Source: Clostridia bacterium (lineage in GTDB: Bacteria; Bacillota; Clostridia; Christensenellales; CAG-917). From it: a stretch of DNA of 64,000 nt. This document shows, one piece after another, positions 18,788-29,635 of this stretch. The position numbers and the translations under genes were made by a program. The first letter of the stretch is position 1. Every line of letters begins with the position of its first letter. The stretch covers positions 674 to 64,673 of the forward strand of contig JAZLBO010000012.1 in assembly GCA_045613765.1 (NCBI GenBank), given 5' to 3'. The notes beneath the pieces were generated by a model. The model made no database searches. It was not told where the DNA came from and saw nothing but the letters and a program-made list of their open reading frames with translations.

Positions 18788-21025
18788 TTACATTTTTACT
18801 ATAACAGTTTTCTTGCAAAATCCAACCACGTGATCTTGAGGAGTTTTTCCTTTGACACACACAAAAATTTCGTACTCAATAGGGAAAGGCAAAAACACAG
18901 GATTATCGTAAAAGGTTGCAGTTTTGCCCGTGCCGTCGATAATGGCAATAGTGTTGTTGCCAAATGCGTCTCGGCGTACAATGTGATATGAGTAAATCTC
19001 GTCAGTTTTGAAAGAGATATTAATGCGCTTGAGTTCATTTTGCACTGAAATATCAAAGTCAAAATAGCAGTTTTCAAACAATGATTTTTCAAAATTAACT
19101 TTATTAGATTGCTTGAAAAGTTCGTTTTTGACATATTTTTGTGGGGTATTGTCTGTGGCAAGAGTTACAGAGTTTAGTTTGCTTGTTGAATAAGTGTCAA
19201 TGGGCAGTGAAATCACTGAATTTGGTCTTTCAAAGCCCTTTTGAAAGGTTGATTTTTCAGTTTTCTCATACAAATTTTTCCATATATTATAGGCATGTTT
19301 TGTAGGGTGTCCACCACCTGTTTCATTGGCATTTCCGTGCCATACTGCCAGTGTATATTTATCACAAAAACTCACGTTCCAACCATCAGTATTTTGCCCA
19401 TTATTGTTTGAAACTGTGCCTGTTTTGGATGCCACAATAAATGGCAATGTGTTAAGCGTTTTTGCTGTACCATTTTTTACAGTGTCAACAAGACAATCTT
19501 CAACAAGATATGCCGTGTCACTTGATATGATTTGTGTGTTTTCTTCATTGAAGGAATATATTTTTCTGCCGTTGACTGTTATATATCGCAAGAAAGTGGT
19601 TGTTGGCATTATTCCATTGTTTGCAAAAGTTGAGTATGCTCGTGCGAGCTGCAAGGGGCTTTGCCCCTTTTCAGTTGCACCCAATGATAATGTCAAGTTT
19701 TTGTCGGTTTCGGTTATATTTAAGCCAAATTTCTTTGCATATTGATATATTTTTTCTTCTCCTAAATATGTGGCCACTTTCACGGCGACTGTGTTTGATG
19801 ATTGCTTGATGCCATCTCGTATATTTGATATACCCACATATTTGCCATTAAAGTTTTTTGGTGTCCAATTTCCAATTTTCATTTGGCTATCATCAATGGG
19901 TGTTGCAAGGGTGACGGCATTGCTTTCAAGGGCAGGGGCATATACTACGAGTGGTTTCAGTGTTGATCCACCTTGACGTAAAATCTCGTAGGAAAGTGAT
20001 GAGTCGTAGGCAAGGACAAAGCCTGTTTTGTTGTCTATGATGACTGCAGAATTGTCAACGCCATCTTTTGAAAAATTGCCATTTAGATTGCCGTGTTCAT
20101 ATAATATTTCTTGAAACTGTGGGGAATATGTTGTGTATATTTTGTAGCCAGAATTGTCAAGTTGATACTTGGTGATATTTAGTTTTTTGCATATTTCATC
20201 AATCGTTAAATTTATAAAAAATTTTGACAAATTTCTTTTCCTACTTTCAACAATGTGCATATTTTCATTTGTCGCATTGAGCATTTGAGAGCTTGTTATA
20301 TAACCTTGTTCTTCCATGACGTCAAGGACAACGTTTCTACGATTTTTGCAGTTCTCGGGATAACTTTTAGGCGAGTATTTTGTTGGATTTTTGATGATGC
20401 CGGCAAGTGTTGCACACTCTGCAAGCGACAAATCTTTGACTTCCTTGTCAAAGTACAATTTTGATGCAGATTTTACACCGTATGCACCATTGCCAAAGTA
20501 AATGACAGACAAGTACATTGAAAGGATCTCATCCTTTGTGTACATTTGTTCAAGTTTGGTTGATAGAGCAATTTCTTTAAGTTTTCTTGACATTGTTTTT
20601 TCAAAGGTCAAGTGTGTGTTTTTGACAAGTTGTTGCGTGATTGTTGATGCACCTTCAACAACACCACCTTTTGCAATGTTTTTGGCAATTGCACCTGCGA
20701 TACGATAGGTGTCATATCCGTTATGGTCATAAAATCGCTTGTCTTCAAGGGCAATAAATGCATATTTGAGATTGTCGGGGATCTCGTCTGGTTTTACATA
20801 GTTGTCGCTCTTGTATTCGATCTCATTTCCGTCTATATCGTAAAAGATTGAGGGATTGTTTGCCATAGGCAAAAGTGATTTGTCAACGGTCAAACTGTCT
20901 GCCCAAAGACTGAAAGATATGAGTGAAATTGATATAAAAATCAACAAAAATCCTAAAATCAATGGGAATACGCCTGTGAAAAGTGCGAATTTTGTTCTTT
21001 TTAGCAAATATCTTGGCTTTTTCAT
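18788..21025 (-). CDS. Class A penicillin-binding protein (glycosyltransferase 51 plus transpeptidase)
   Basis: 745 aa with an N-terminal TM. GT51 motifs EDKRFYDHNGYD and GASTITQQLVKN. Transpeptidase motifs STLKP (SxxK), SSN and KTGT. Confidence 0.88.
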   Translation of the reverse strand: MKKPRYLLKRTKFALFTGVFPLILGFLLIFISISLISFSLWADSLTVDKSLLPMANNPSIFYDIDGNEIEYKSDNYVKPDEIPDNLKYAFIALEDKRFYDHNGYDTYRIAGAIAKNIAKGGVVEGASTITQQLVKNTHLTFEKTMSRKLKEIALSTKLEQMYTKDEILSMYLSVIYFGNGAYGVKSASKLYFDKEVKDLSLAECATLAGIIKNPTKYSPKSYPENCKNRRNVVLDVMEEQGYITSSQMLNATNENMHIVESRKRNLSKFFINLTIDEICKKLNITKYQLDNSGYKIYTTYSPQFQEILYEHGNLNGNFSKDGVDNSAVIIDNKTGFVLAYDSSLSYEILRQGGSTLKPLVVYAPALESNAVTLATPIDDSQMKIGNWTPKNFNGKYVGISNIRDGIKQSSNTVAVKVATYLGEEKIYQYAKKFGLNITETDKNLTLSLGATEKGQSPLQLARAYSTFANNGIMPTTTFLRYITVNGRKIYSFNEENTQIISSDTAYLVEDCLVDTVKNGTAKTLNTLPFIVASKTGTVSNNNGQNTDGWNVSFCDKYTLAVWHGNANETGGGHPTKHAYNIWKNLYEKTEKSTFQKGFERPNSVISLPIDTYSTSKLNSVTLATDNTPQKYVKNELFKQSNKVNFEKSLFENCYFDFDISVQNELKRINISFKTDEIYSYHIVRRDAFGNNTIAIIDGTGKTATFYDNPVFLPFPIEYEIFVCVKGKTPQDHVVGFCKKTVIVKM

Positions 21026-21125
21026 ATAAATTAGTCTTGTCTTCTGCGAGTTTTTTATGTATAATTGTAAATTAGAAAATTATCGCACGCGCTCACGCAT
21101 TATGCGACTGCGCGAAAAGGAACGT

Positions 21126-22472
21126 ATGAAATATAAAATTGTCACTTACGGTTGCCAAATGAATATCCACGAATCTGAAAAGGTTGCAGGTATTCTTGAA
21201 AATATGGGTTATATTCTTGCCGGCGAAGAAGAAAGTGCAGATGTTGTTGTGTTCAACACCTGTTGTATTCGTGACACTGCAGAAAAGAGGGCTCTTGGCA
21301 ATATTGGCGTTATCAAAGCAGAAAAGCGCAAAAATCCTGATATGGTTATTGTTGTATTTGGTTGTATGCCTGCCCAACCTGGTGTTGCAGATATGATCAA
21401 AGAAAAATATCCCTATGTGGATATCGTTCTTGGCACAAGAAATCTCAATATCCTTGAAAGTGAAATCAACAAAGTCATTGAAAAGCGTGCAACAAAGCGC
21501 AAAAATGACAAGAAATATCGTTGTTTCAACGTTGAAGATCCCGAAGACTTTATCGCACTCAGTGACGGACTTGCAGTGACAAGAACGTCTTATCCTAACG
21601 CATGGGTCAACATAATTTACGGTTGCAATAATTTCTGTTCATACTGCATAGTGCCCTATGTTAGAGGCAGAGAAGTTTCAAGGGATATGAACGTAATTCT
21701 TGACGAAGTCAAGAAGTGCGTTGATGCAGGCTACAAAGAAATCACTTTGCTTGGTCAAAATGTCAATTCCTACGGCAACGATTTGCACATTGAAGGTGTA
21801 AATTTTGCTCGTCTGCTCAGTGAGATTGACAAGATTGAAGGCAAATTTAGAGTGAGATTTATGACTTCACACCCCAAAGATTTGAGTGAAGAAGTGGCAG
21901 ATGTTATGGCATCTTCAAAGAAGATATGTTCAAATATCCATTTGCCCATACAAAGTGGCTCAACAAAAGTTCTTCGTGATATGAACAGAAGATACAATAG
22001 AGAGCACTATTATTCACTCATTGAAATGCTCCGTAGCAAAATGCCCGACATTGGCATTACAACGGACATTATGGTTGGTTTCCCCACAGAGACTGAAGAA
22101 GACTTTGAGGATACAATGGATATGGTGAGAAAAGTGCGCTATTCCAACGCATTTACCTTCATTTATTCGCCAAGAAAGGGTACTCCTGCAGCAAAGATGG
22201 AGCAAATCCCCTATGCAATCAAGCAAAGAAGAATTGGTGAACTCATCAAACTTCAAAATCAAATTACAAAGGAACTTTCTGCCGAATATATCGGTGGTGT
22301 CTACGAAGTTCTTGTAGAAGACGTTGCACCAAAGCACGAAAATATGGTTTGTGGTCGCACCGAAAGTGGCAGACTTGTCACATTTGACGGCACAAAAGAA
22401 GATATTGGACAATTTGTAAACGTTATAATCACTGAATCGCGTTCTGCATCTTTGTTCGGTCACAAAATATAG
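21126..22472 (+). CDS. miaB: tRNA-i6A37 methylthiotransferase MiaB
   Basis: Start set at the ATG at 21126 (MKYKIVTYGCQMN...). Radical-SAM CxxxCxxC (CNNFCSYC) and a TRAM C-terminus. Confidence 0.9.
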   Translation: MKYKIVTYGCQMNIHESEKVAGILENMGYILAGEEESADVVVFNTCCIRDTAEKRALGNIGVIKAEKRKNPDMVIVVFGCMPAQPGVADMIKEKYPYVDIVLGTRNLNILESEINKVIEKRATKRKNDKKYRCFNVEDPEDFIALSDGLAVTRTSYPNAWVNIIYGCNNFCSYCIVPYVRGREVSRDMNVILDEVKKCVDAGYKEITLLGQNVNSYGNDLHIEGVNFARLLSEIDKIEGKFRVRFMTSHPKDLSEEVADVMASSKKICSNIHLPIQSGSTKVLRDMNRRYNREHYYSLIEMLRSKMPDIGITTDIMVGFPTETEEDFEDTMDMVRKVRYSNAFTFIYSPRKGTPAAKMEQIPYAIKQRRIGELIKLQNQITKELSAEYIGGVYEVLVEDVAPKHENMVCGRTESGRLVTFDGTKEDIGQFVNVIITESRSASLFGHKI

Positions 22473-22479
22473 GTGAGTT

Positions 22480-25104
22480 ATGGAAATCAATTTTGACAAA
22501 CTTTCCCCAATGATGCGCAAATACTTCGAGATGAAAGCGGAGTATCCTGATTGTTTGCTGTTCTTTAGACTTGGCGACTTTTATGAAATGTTCTTTGATG
22601 ACGCCAAGATTGCATCAAACATTCTTGATCTTACCTTGACGGGAAGAAATTGTGGGCTTGAAGAACGTGCACCCATGTGTGGCGTGCCTTACCACGCAGT
22701 AGAAATCCATATCCGTAAATTGATTGAAGCAGGTCAACGCGTTGCAATATGCGAGCAGTTGAGTGATCCTGCAACAACAAAGGGTATGCTTGAACGTGCA
22801 GTTGTGAGAGTTATCACACCCGGCACTATCATGGAAGAAGAAATCCTTGATGAAAACTCATCAAACTATATCGCCTCAATTTATACTGACGGCAAAGGCT
22901 TTGGTCTTGCTTGGGCAGATATAAGTACAGGCGAGTTTTATGCTTGCGAATATGAGGGTGACGATTTTTATAATCGTCTTGGCGATATGCTTTCTGCAGT
23001 CAATCCCAGCGAAATTTTGTCAAACGAAGCATTTACATCAAAGTATTACGGCGTAAATTACTTTATGTCCACAGACAAACGCCCCAAATGCTATCACGAT
23101 TTTGCTTACGGTCTTTCAACTGCGACAAGAAAACTTTGTTCTGCATTGAAAGTTGTGTCACTCAAGTCATTTGAACTTGACGAGCAAGAAAGAGCAGTTT
23201 CGGCAGCAGGTGGATTGATGGAATATCTTGACCAAACACAAAAGCGCGCTTTGGCTCAAATTGATAGAATTGAACTTATCAGAGATAAGTCATATATGGT
23301 CCTTGACGGCTCAACAAGACGCAATCTTGAACTTGTTGCTCGCACCCGTGACGGCAGAAAAACCGGATCACTACTTGGTGTTTTGGACAAGACCAAGACA
23401 GGTATGGGCGCAAGAACAATCAAGAAATATATTGAGCAACCTTTGCAAGATCCTGAACGTATCAATCATAGATTGAACGCTGTAGAAGAACTCGTGCAAG
23501 ACAAAGTGGCAAGAGATAAAATTGCTTCAGCACTTTCTTCTGCACACGATCTTGAGCGTCTTGTGGGACGTGTTGCTTATGGCAATGCAAATCCAAAGGA
23601 TTTGTATAGTATTGCATTGACACTTTCAATTGTTCCTCAACTGAAAGAGGCTTTGAAAGGAAAGAAATCTCATCTTTTGAAAGCAATGAATTCTGCAATT
23701 GAGCCTTTGCCTCACGTCGCAGGCGAGATTCTTGCTGCAATCAATCCCGACAGAGTCAACTCATATAAACTTGGTGGCTTTATCAAAGAAGGCTACAACG
23801 AGCAACTTGATGAGTACAACAATATTGACACAACTGCAAAGGGTTGGCTTGCAGAACTTGAAGCAAGAGAAAAGGAAGAAACGGGCATCAAAACACTGAA
23901 AGTACATTTCAACAAGGTGTTTGGATACTACATTGAAGTGTCAAAATCTTTCACAGATAAAGTGCCTTATCGCTATCAAAGAAAACAAACCCTTGTAAAT
24001 GGCGAGAGATATATCACCGACGAGTTGAAGGAAATTGAAGTCAAAGTATTGTCTGCAGAAGAAAATTCAACAGCCCTTGAAAACCAAATTTTCGAGCATT
24101 TGAAAGGATTGTGTTTTGACGAACTTTCCAAGATTCAACAAACTGCAAGAGCAATAGGAAGCCTTGATGCAATTTTGTCATTTTCAAACGTTTCAGTTTC
24201 CAACAGATATGTGAAACCCGTCATCAACGGCAAGACAAAGCGCATGTCTATTGTCAACGGCAGACACCCTGTTGTTGAAACTCTCGTTGACAAAGGTGCA
24301 TATGTGCCCAACGATACGTTGCTTGATGACAGTGACAATCGCACTATGGTTATAACCGGTCCAAATATGGCAGGTAAGAGCACGTATATGCGCCAAGTTG
24401 CAATCATTGCCCTTATGGCACATATTGGCTGTTTTGTCCCTGCTGATGAGGCAGAAATTTCATTGACTGACAGAATTTTCACACGTATTGGTGCAAGTGA
24501 TGACTTGTTTGGTGGTCAAAGTACCTTTATGGTTGAAATGATTGAAGTCGCAACAATTCTCAACTATGCAACCAGTTCAAGTTTGCTTATTCTTGATGAA
24601 ATTGGACGTGGCACTTCAACCTTTGATGGACTCAGCATTGCTTGGGCTGTCCTTGAATACATAACAAAACAAATCCATGCAAAAACACTTTTTGCAACTC
24701 ACTTCCATGAACTTACAGAACTTGAAGATCTTGAAGGCGTCAAAAATTATCGAGTGCTTGTCAGTGAATATAATGATACAATCATTTTCTTGCACAAAAT
24801 TGCAAGGGGTGGGGCAAATAGAAGTTTCGGCATCGAAGTTGCATCACTTGCAGGTGTGTTGAAACCTGTTGTTGAACAAGCAAGACGAATTATGCAATCT
24901 CTTGAAGAAGATGCAAAAAATCGCGACACCAATTCAGTTATGCTTTCTTCAATGAAGAAAACAAAGACAGAACAAGTAAGTTTGTTTGATGCACCCGTGT
25001 CAAAGATAGAAGAAGAAATCAAAGCACTCAACATTGACACGCTTTCGCCTTTGCAAGCATTTACAATTCTTGCAGACTTGCATAGCAGACTCAACGAAAA
25101 ATAG
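22480..25104 (+). CDS. mutS: DNA mismatch repair protein MutS
   Basis: 874 aa with the N-terminal mismatch-binding motif (PMMRKYFEMK...GDFYEMFF), Walker A GPNMAGKSTYMRQ and DEIGRGTSTFDG. Confidence 0.96.
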   Translation: MEINFDKLSPMMRKYFEMKAEYPDCLLFFRLGDFYEMFFDDAKIASNILDLTLTGRNCGLEERAPMCGVPYHAVEIHIRKLIEAGQRVAICEQLSDPATTKGMLERAVVRVITPGTIMEEEILDENSSNYIASIYTDGKGFGLAWADISTGEFYACEYEGDDFYNRLGDMLSAVNPSEILSNEAFTSKYYGVNYFMSTDKRPKCYHDFAYGLSTATRKLCSALKVVSLKSFELDEQERAVSAAGGLMEYLDQTQKRALAQIDRIELIRDKSYMVLDGSTRRNLELVARTRDGRKTGSLLGVLDKTKTGMGARTIKKYIEQPLQDPERINHRLNAVEELVQDKVARDKIASALSSAHDLERLVGRVAYGNANPKDLYSIALTLSIVPQLKEALKGKKSHLLKAMNSAIEPLPHVAGEILAAINPDRVNSYKLGGFIKEGYNEQLDEYNNIDTTAKGWLAELEAREKEETGIKTLKVHFNKVFGYYIEVSKSFTDKVPYRYQRKQTLVNGERYITDELKEIEVKVLSAEENSTALENQIFEHLKGLCFDELSKIQQTARAIGSLDAILSFSNVSVSNRYVKPVINGKTKRMSIVNGRHPVVETLVDKGAYVPNDTLLDDSDNRTMVITGPNMAGKSTYMRQVAIIALMAHIGCFVPADEAEISLTDRIFTRIGASDDLFGGQSTFMVEMIEVATILNYATSSSLLILDEIGRGTSTFDGLSIAWAVLEYITKQIHAKTLFATHFHELTELEDLEGVKNYRVLVSEYNDTIIFLHKIARGGANRSFGIEVASLAGVLKPVVEQARRIMQSLEEDAKNRDTNSVMLSSMKKTKTEQVSLFDAPVSKIEEEIKALNIDTLSPLQAFTILADLHSRLNEK

Positions 25105-25131
25105 CATTTTTCACATACGAAAAGGATTATT

Positions 25132-27036
25132 ATGGCAAAAATCAATCTATTAGATCCAAGTGTATTCAATATGATCGCAGCAGGCGAAGTGGTTGAAAGA
25201 CCGGCGTCTGTTGTCAAGGAACTTGTTGAAAACTCAATTGATGCAGGAGCAACTGAAATTGATATCACCATAACAGATGGTGGACTCAAGCGTATTCAGG
25301 TCAGTGACAATGGCATTGGCATTGAAAAAGACGATATGCGCAGTGCTTTCTTGCCTCATGCCACATCAAAACTCTTGCATATTAGAGATCTTGAAACATT
25401 GTCTTCTCTCGGTTTTAGAGGGGAGGCTCTTGCAAGCATTGCATCAGTGTCTGAAGTGACACTCGTGTCAAAGTCTTCAAAAGATGACGTTGCATCATAC
25501 ATATACCTTGTTGGTGGCAAGGTGATGGAAGAAAGGATCGATTCGAGAGCAAAGGGCACATCAATTACAGTTGAAAACTTGTTCTTCAATACACCTGCGC
25601 GCTTGAAGTTTATGAAGGCATCATCTGCCGAACAAAGAGCAATCGTTTCAACCGTTGAAAAGATTGTCTTTGCCAATCCAAACATTTCAATCACAATCTC
25701 TGACGAAAAAGGATTGGTGTTTGAACACCAAAGTGGCGATCTAAAAGATGCAATCTGTTCAGTATGGGGTGGAGAAATGTTCTCCAATATGATCCCCGTC
25801 AAGTTTGACAAGGCTGGAATATCTGTTTCTGGCTACATTTCAAATGTGGAATTTTCAAAGCCTACAAGATCTTGGCAAGCATACGTTGTCAATGGTAGAG
25901 CCGTAGAAAATAAAGATTTGAGCCTTGCAGTTGACAAAGCATACGAAGGCAAACTTGTCAAACACAATTATCCTTATTGCGTATTGGAAATTGTTTTGCC
26001 TTTCAACGAAGTTGACATCAACGTGCACCCAAGAAAAACTGAAGTTCGTTTTAGAAACAAGAGTTCTGTTTTCAGTGCAGTTTATTATGCAATCAACAAG
26101 GCAATAGATAGTGCAAACCCCATCTCATCAACCTCATTTTTGGCAGAAAAAGAGAATTTGTCTTATGGGGAAATAATGTCGGGTCAACCTTACAACTCTG
26201 CTGCCGACTTTGGTTATCGTGTCACAAAACCCACTGTACCAACAACAAATTCAAGTGCAAATCTCAACAATAAGCCTACGTTTGAGCCTATGTCATTGAA
26301 GGATTTGCAACGCAGAGATGAAGAAAAGTTCCAACTTGCATACAAGGCACTTCAAGAAAAAGAGCCCATTATTGGCGAGTGCGATAATCAACTTGCAATG
26401 CAATGTGGATTCATTAGCAAAGAAACTGCACAAAAGATCCTTTTGACAGATGATAATTTCTTTGACGGCAAGATCGTGGGTCAAATTTTTGACACATATC
26501 TTATTGTGGAACGTGACGGAATTGTCTATATAATCGACCAACACGCAGCCCACGAGCGTATTTTGTACAACAAACTTACATCAAGACTTACTGCAAAGTA
26601 TATTCAACCGTTGCTTATACCTTACAAATTCAAACTTTCTCAAGATGAGGCAGAATATTTTGAAAAAATGATGCCCGTGCTCAACAATATGGGTTTTGAT
26701 CTTGACAAAAAGTTTGACAATTATTTTATATATGCAGTGCCAGATGTTGTGCAAGACATGGATTTCAACAAATTCCTTGGCGAACTTTTCAAAAATATGC
26801 TCACAGACAAGGAAATCACGCTCCTTGACATAGTCAAGGAAAAGATATGCCAAATTGCTTGCAAGAGTGCAATCAAGGGTGGAGATAGTTTGAACCCCGG
26901 TCAAATTTACGACACAGTCAAGTCTTTCCTTGATGAAGATGGCAAATTGCCAGACAAATGTCCTCACGGCCGTCCTGCAGTTGTTCAACTCACCAAAAAT
27001 GAAGTTGAAAAGATGTTCAAACGTATCGTAAGGTGA
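25132..27036 (+). CDS. mutL: DNA mismatch repair protein MutL
   Basis: 634 aa with GHKL ATPase motifs (AAGEVVERPASVVKELVENSIDAG, DNGIGI, GFRGEAL) and the C-terminal endonuclease motif region DQHAAHERI. Confidence 0.95.
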   Translation: MAKINLLDPSVFNMIAAGEVVERPASVVKELVENSIDAGATEIDITITDGGLKRIQVSDNGIGIEKDDMRSAFLPHATSKLLHIRDLETLSSLGFRGEALASIASVSEVTLVSKSSKDDVASYIYLVGGKVMEERIDSRAKGTSITVENLFFNTPARLKFMKASSAEQRAIVSTVEKIVFANPNISITISDEKGLVFEHQSGDLKDAICSVWGGEMFSNMIPVKFDKAGISVSGYISNVEFSKPTRSWQAYVVNGRAVENKDLSLAVDKAYEGKLVKHNYPYCVLEIVLPFNEVDINVHPRKTEVRFRNKSSVFSAVYYAINKAIDSANPISSTSFLAEKENLSYGEIMSGQPYNSAADFGYRVTKPTVPTTNSSANLNNKPTFEPMSLKDLQRRDEEKFQLAYKALQEKEPIIGECDNQLAMQCGFISKETAQKILLTDDNFFDGKIVGQIFDTYLIVERDGIVYIIDQHAAHERILYNKLTSRLTAKYIQPLLIPYKFKLSQDEAEYFEKMMPVLNNMGFDLDKKFDNYFIYAVPDVVQDMDFNKFLGELFKNMLTDKEITLLDIVKEKICQIACKSAIKGGDSLNPGQIYDTVKSFLDEDGKLPDKCPHGRPAVVQLTKNEVEKMFKRIVR

Positions 27037-27040
27037 CATC

Positions 27041-27988
27041 GTGGACAAGACTTTCGCACGCGAACCAATATATATAGTTGGGCCTACAGGCTCAGGGAAG
27101 TCTGCACTTGCAATGAAACTTGCAAGGCTTCTTGATGGTGTCATTATATCTGCAGATAGTATGCAGATCTACAAAACACTTGATATTGGCACTGCAAAAG
27201 AAAGCATTGACAATAGGCAAGAGATACACCACGAGATGATAGATATCGTGCCTGTTGACAGCGAGTTTTCTGTTGCTGAATATTCTTTGCAAGCTCGCAA
27301 ACACATAAATACTGCGTTAGATAATGGAAAAACACCAATTATAGTTGGTGGAACAGGTTTGTATTTTGAATCTTTGTTTTATCCAATGAGTTTTGGAAAT
27401 ACCAATAAAAATGAAAAAGTAAGAGCCGAACTTGAAGACGAACTCAATGAAAAAGGCGCAGAGTATATGCACAAGCGTCTTGAAGAGATTGACAAGGAAA
27501 CTGCAGACAAACTTCACGTAAATGATACACGACGTGTGATTCGTGCATTGGAAATTGCAATTTGTGGTGGAAAAACCAAGACGGAGATGCAAGACCAACG
27601 AGAAACGCCTGATGTTATTGTTGTTGGGCTCAACACAGATCGTGCTGAATTGTACAAAAGAATTGACCAACGTGTTGAAATAATGTTTGAACAAGGCTTG
27701 GTTGATGAAGTTTATTCAGTTGGCAGTTTTGATTATCAGTCAATGAAGGCCATTGGTTACAAGGAATTTGCAGATGCAATTCCAGCCAAGATTGATGGAA
27801 AGTTTGTTTTGAACAAAGATGACGAAGATCGTGTCAAGGCGCTTATTCAAAAGAATTCAAGAAATTATGCCAAAAGACAGTTGACTTGGTTTAGACGATA
27901 CAACTTTGTCAAATGGTTTGATTTGTACAATACAGATGAAGCCGTCCAATATGTTCTTGAACAACTGAAAGCAAGAAAAACCAAGTAA
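27041..27988 (+). CDS. miaA: tRNA dimethylallyltransferase MiaA
   Basis: 315 aa with a GTG start and P-loop GPTGSGKS. Also DIGTAK and the YAKRQLTWFR motif. Confidence 0.93.
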   Translation: MDKTFAREPIYIVGPTGSGKSALAMKLARLLDGVIISADSMQIYKTLDIGTAKESIDNRQEIHHEMIDIVPVDSEFSVAEYSLQARKHINTALDNGKTPIIVGGTGLYFESLFYPMSFGNTNKNEKVRAELEDELNEKGAEYMHKRLEEIDKETADKLHVNDTRRVIRALEIAICGGKTKTEMQDQRETPDVIVVGLNTDRAELYKRIDQRVEIMFEQGLVDEVYSVGSFDYQSMKAIGYKEFADAIPAKIDGKFVLNKDDEDRVKALIQKNSRNYAKRQLTWFRRYNFVKWFDLYNTDEAVQYVLEQLKARKTK

Positions 27989-28071
27989 AAGTGGTAAACT
28001 ACTACAAAAATCATCAATTTATATAATACTTTGACTAAAAATAGCAAAAAATCAAGATTTAAGGTGAAATA

Positions 28072-29319
28072 ATGAGTTTTACAAAGATGCAAGCACGTGC
28101 TTTTGTGCGCGAGTGTGAATCAGAACTTAAAGAGCAATTTGATCGTGTAGATGACATTGCACTCCACAATCAAGAAAAAGTTTTGAAGGCTTTTTCAGAA
28201 TTTGGCATACAAGCACGTCATATGTTTGGCACAACAGGATATGGATATGATGATATAGGCAGAGACACCTTGGGGCAAGTGTTTGCACGTGTTTTGGGTG
28301 CAGAAACTGCCCTTGTTTCCCCCCATATAGTTTCCGGCACGCACGCACTCACGCTCATGCTGTTTGGTGTTTTGCGTCCCGGTGACAAACTCTTGGCAGT
28401 TTCTGGCAAGCCTTATGACACTCTTTGTGACGTAATTTCAGGCAAAGACAAAGGATCTTTGGCAGATTATGGTGTCGAATTTGAAATCGTTGACTTGAAG
28501 ACGGAAAACAAACAACCGGTTTTTGATTGCGAAGAAATTGAAAAACGCCTAAAAGCCGAAAAAATCAAGGCAGTTTTCTTGGCAAGAAGCCGTGGATATT
28601 GTTGGCGCAGTGCTATAAATTGTGATCAAGTTGCAGAACTTGTCAAAATGGTCAAGAAAATCAGCCCCGAAACTTTGGTTATCGTTGACAACTGTTATGG
28701 CGAATTTGTTGAAAAAATTGAACCAAATGACGTTGGTGCAGATCTTGTTGCAGGATCACTCATCAAGAATATGGGTGGAGGCATCGTCCCCACAGGTGGC
28801 TATGTCGCAGGCAAAGAAAAATGGGTTGAACAAGTCGCATATCGCTTGACATCGCCTTCAATTGGTGCTGAAGTTGGCTCATTTATCGGTGGATATTTGC
28901 AATATTTTGAAGGTTTGTTTCTTGCACCATCAGTTGTAAAAAATGCCCTTAGATGCGCACTTTTGTTTGCAAAAGCCTATTCAAAACTTGGTTTCGACAC
29001 ACTTCCTGACGGTCAAACACCCCCTTATGATATCATCTGCAGTTTGAAACTTAATTCTGCAGAAAAACTCATTGATTTTTGTGGTGCAATTCAAGAGATT
29101 TCACCCATTGATAGCAATGTTGTGCCTATGCCTTGGGCAATGCCCGGATATCAAGACGAAGTCATTATGGCTGCAGGCGCATTTGTGCAAGGTGCATCAA
29201 TCGAACTTTCTGCTGATTCACCCATAAAAGCCCCTTACATTGCTTATATTCAAGGCGCTTTGACCTATGAACATGCAATTTTGGCTGTTGAACACACCCT
29301 TGTACGTACTGTAAAATAG
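28072..29319 (+). CDS. Methionine gamma-lyase family / YnbB-like PLP-dependent protein (formerly annotated as aluminium resistance protein)
   Basis: 415 aa. GTTGYGYDDIGRDTL...SGTHAL is typical of the YnbB family that follows miaA(-hfq) in Firmicutes. No hfq lies between miaA and this gene; the gap is only 83 bp. Confidence 0.75.
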   Translation: MSFTKMQARAFVRECESELKEQFDRVDDIALHNQEKVLKAFSEFGIQARHMFGTTGYGYDDIGRDTLGQVFARVLGAETALVSPHIVSGTHALTLMLFGVLRPGDKLLAVSGKPYDTLCDVISGKDKGSLADYGVEFEIVDLKTENKQPVFDCEEIEKRLKAEKIKAVFLARSRGYCWRSAINCDQVAELVKMVKKISPETLVIVDNCYGEFVEKIEPNDVGADLVAGSLIKNMGGGIVPTGGYVAGKEKWVEQVAYRLTSPSIGAEVGSFIGGYLQYFEGLFLAPSVVKNALRCALLFAKAYSKLGFDTLPDGQTPPYDIICSLKLNSAEKLIDFCGAIQEISPIDSNVVPMPWAMPGYQDEVIMAAGAFVQGASIELSADSPIKAPYIAYIQGALTYEHAILAVEHTLVRTVK

Positions 29320-29325
29320 CCAAAA

Positions 29326-29368
29326 TTTCAATGATTTTCAATTTTACGCCCCAAAATTTTCAAAAAAT
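29326..29368 (+). repeat. Copy of the dispersed TTTCA-N5-TTTCA ... CCCC-AAATTTTCAA motif
   Basis: ATTTCAATGATTTTCAATTTTACGCCCCAAAATTTTCAA aligns with 54462-54502 (GTTTCATGGCAGTTTCACAGAAAAATACCCCCAAATTTTCAA). It sits immediately 3' of the ynbB-like stop codon. Confidence 0.45.
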
Positions 29369-29444
29369 CATCAATTCTTGACTTAATTTTGATTGATTTC
29401 ACTGATAAAATCCGGTCAAAAACCCTATATTTTAAGCCTAAAAA

Positions 29445-29467
29445 AGCCGAAAAAATCGGCTTTTTTT
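29445..29467. terminator. Bidirectional rho-independent terminator
   Basis: AAAAAGCCGA-AAAAA-TCGGCTTTTTTT. There is an A-run on one side and a T-run on the other. It lies about 125 nt downstream of the ynbB-like stop. Confidence 0.8.
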
Positions 29468-29635
29468 AATGCCTAAATCGCATTTTAACGTGGTTTTGAT
29501 GATGAATAATATATCAACAATTAATTTGACTATTTTTATACATTATAATTATTTGATTTATATCGATTTTAAAGTCAATTTTGTGTAAATTGAACTCAAA
29601 AAATTTAGTTTTTTATTTCTTTAAACGGCATTTTA

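Noticed and set aside
27988-28072. An expected hfq gene between miaA and the ynbB-like gene
   Set aside because: The gap is only 83 bp, so there is no room for hfq. The absence is noted, but it cannot be interpreted without the rest of the genome.
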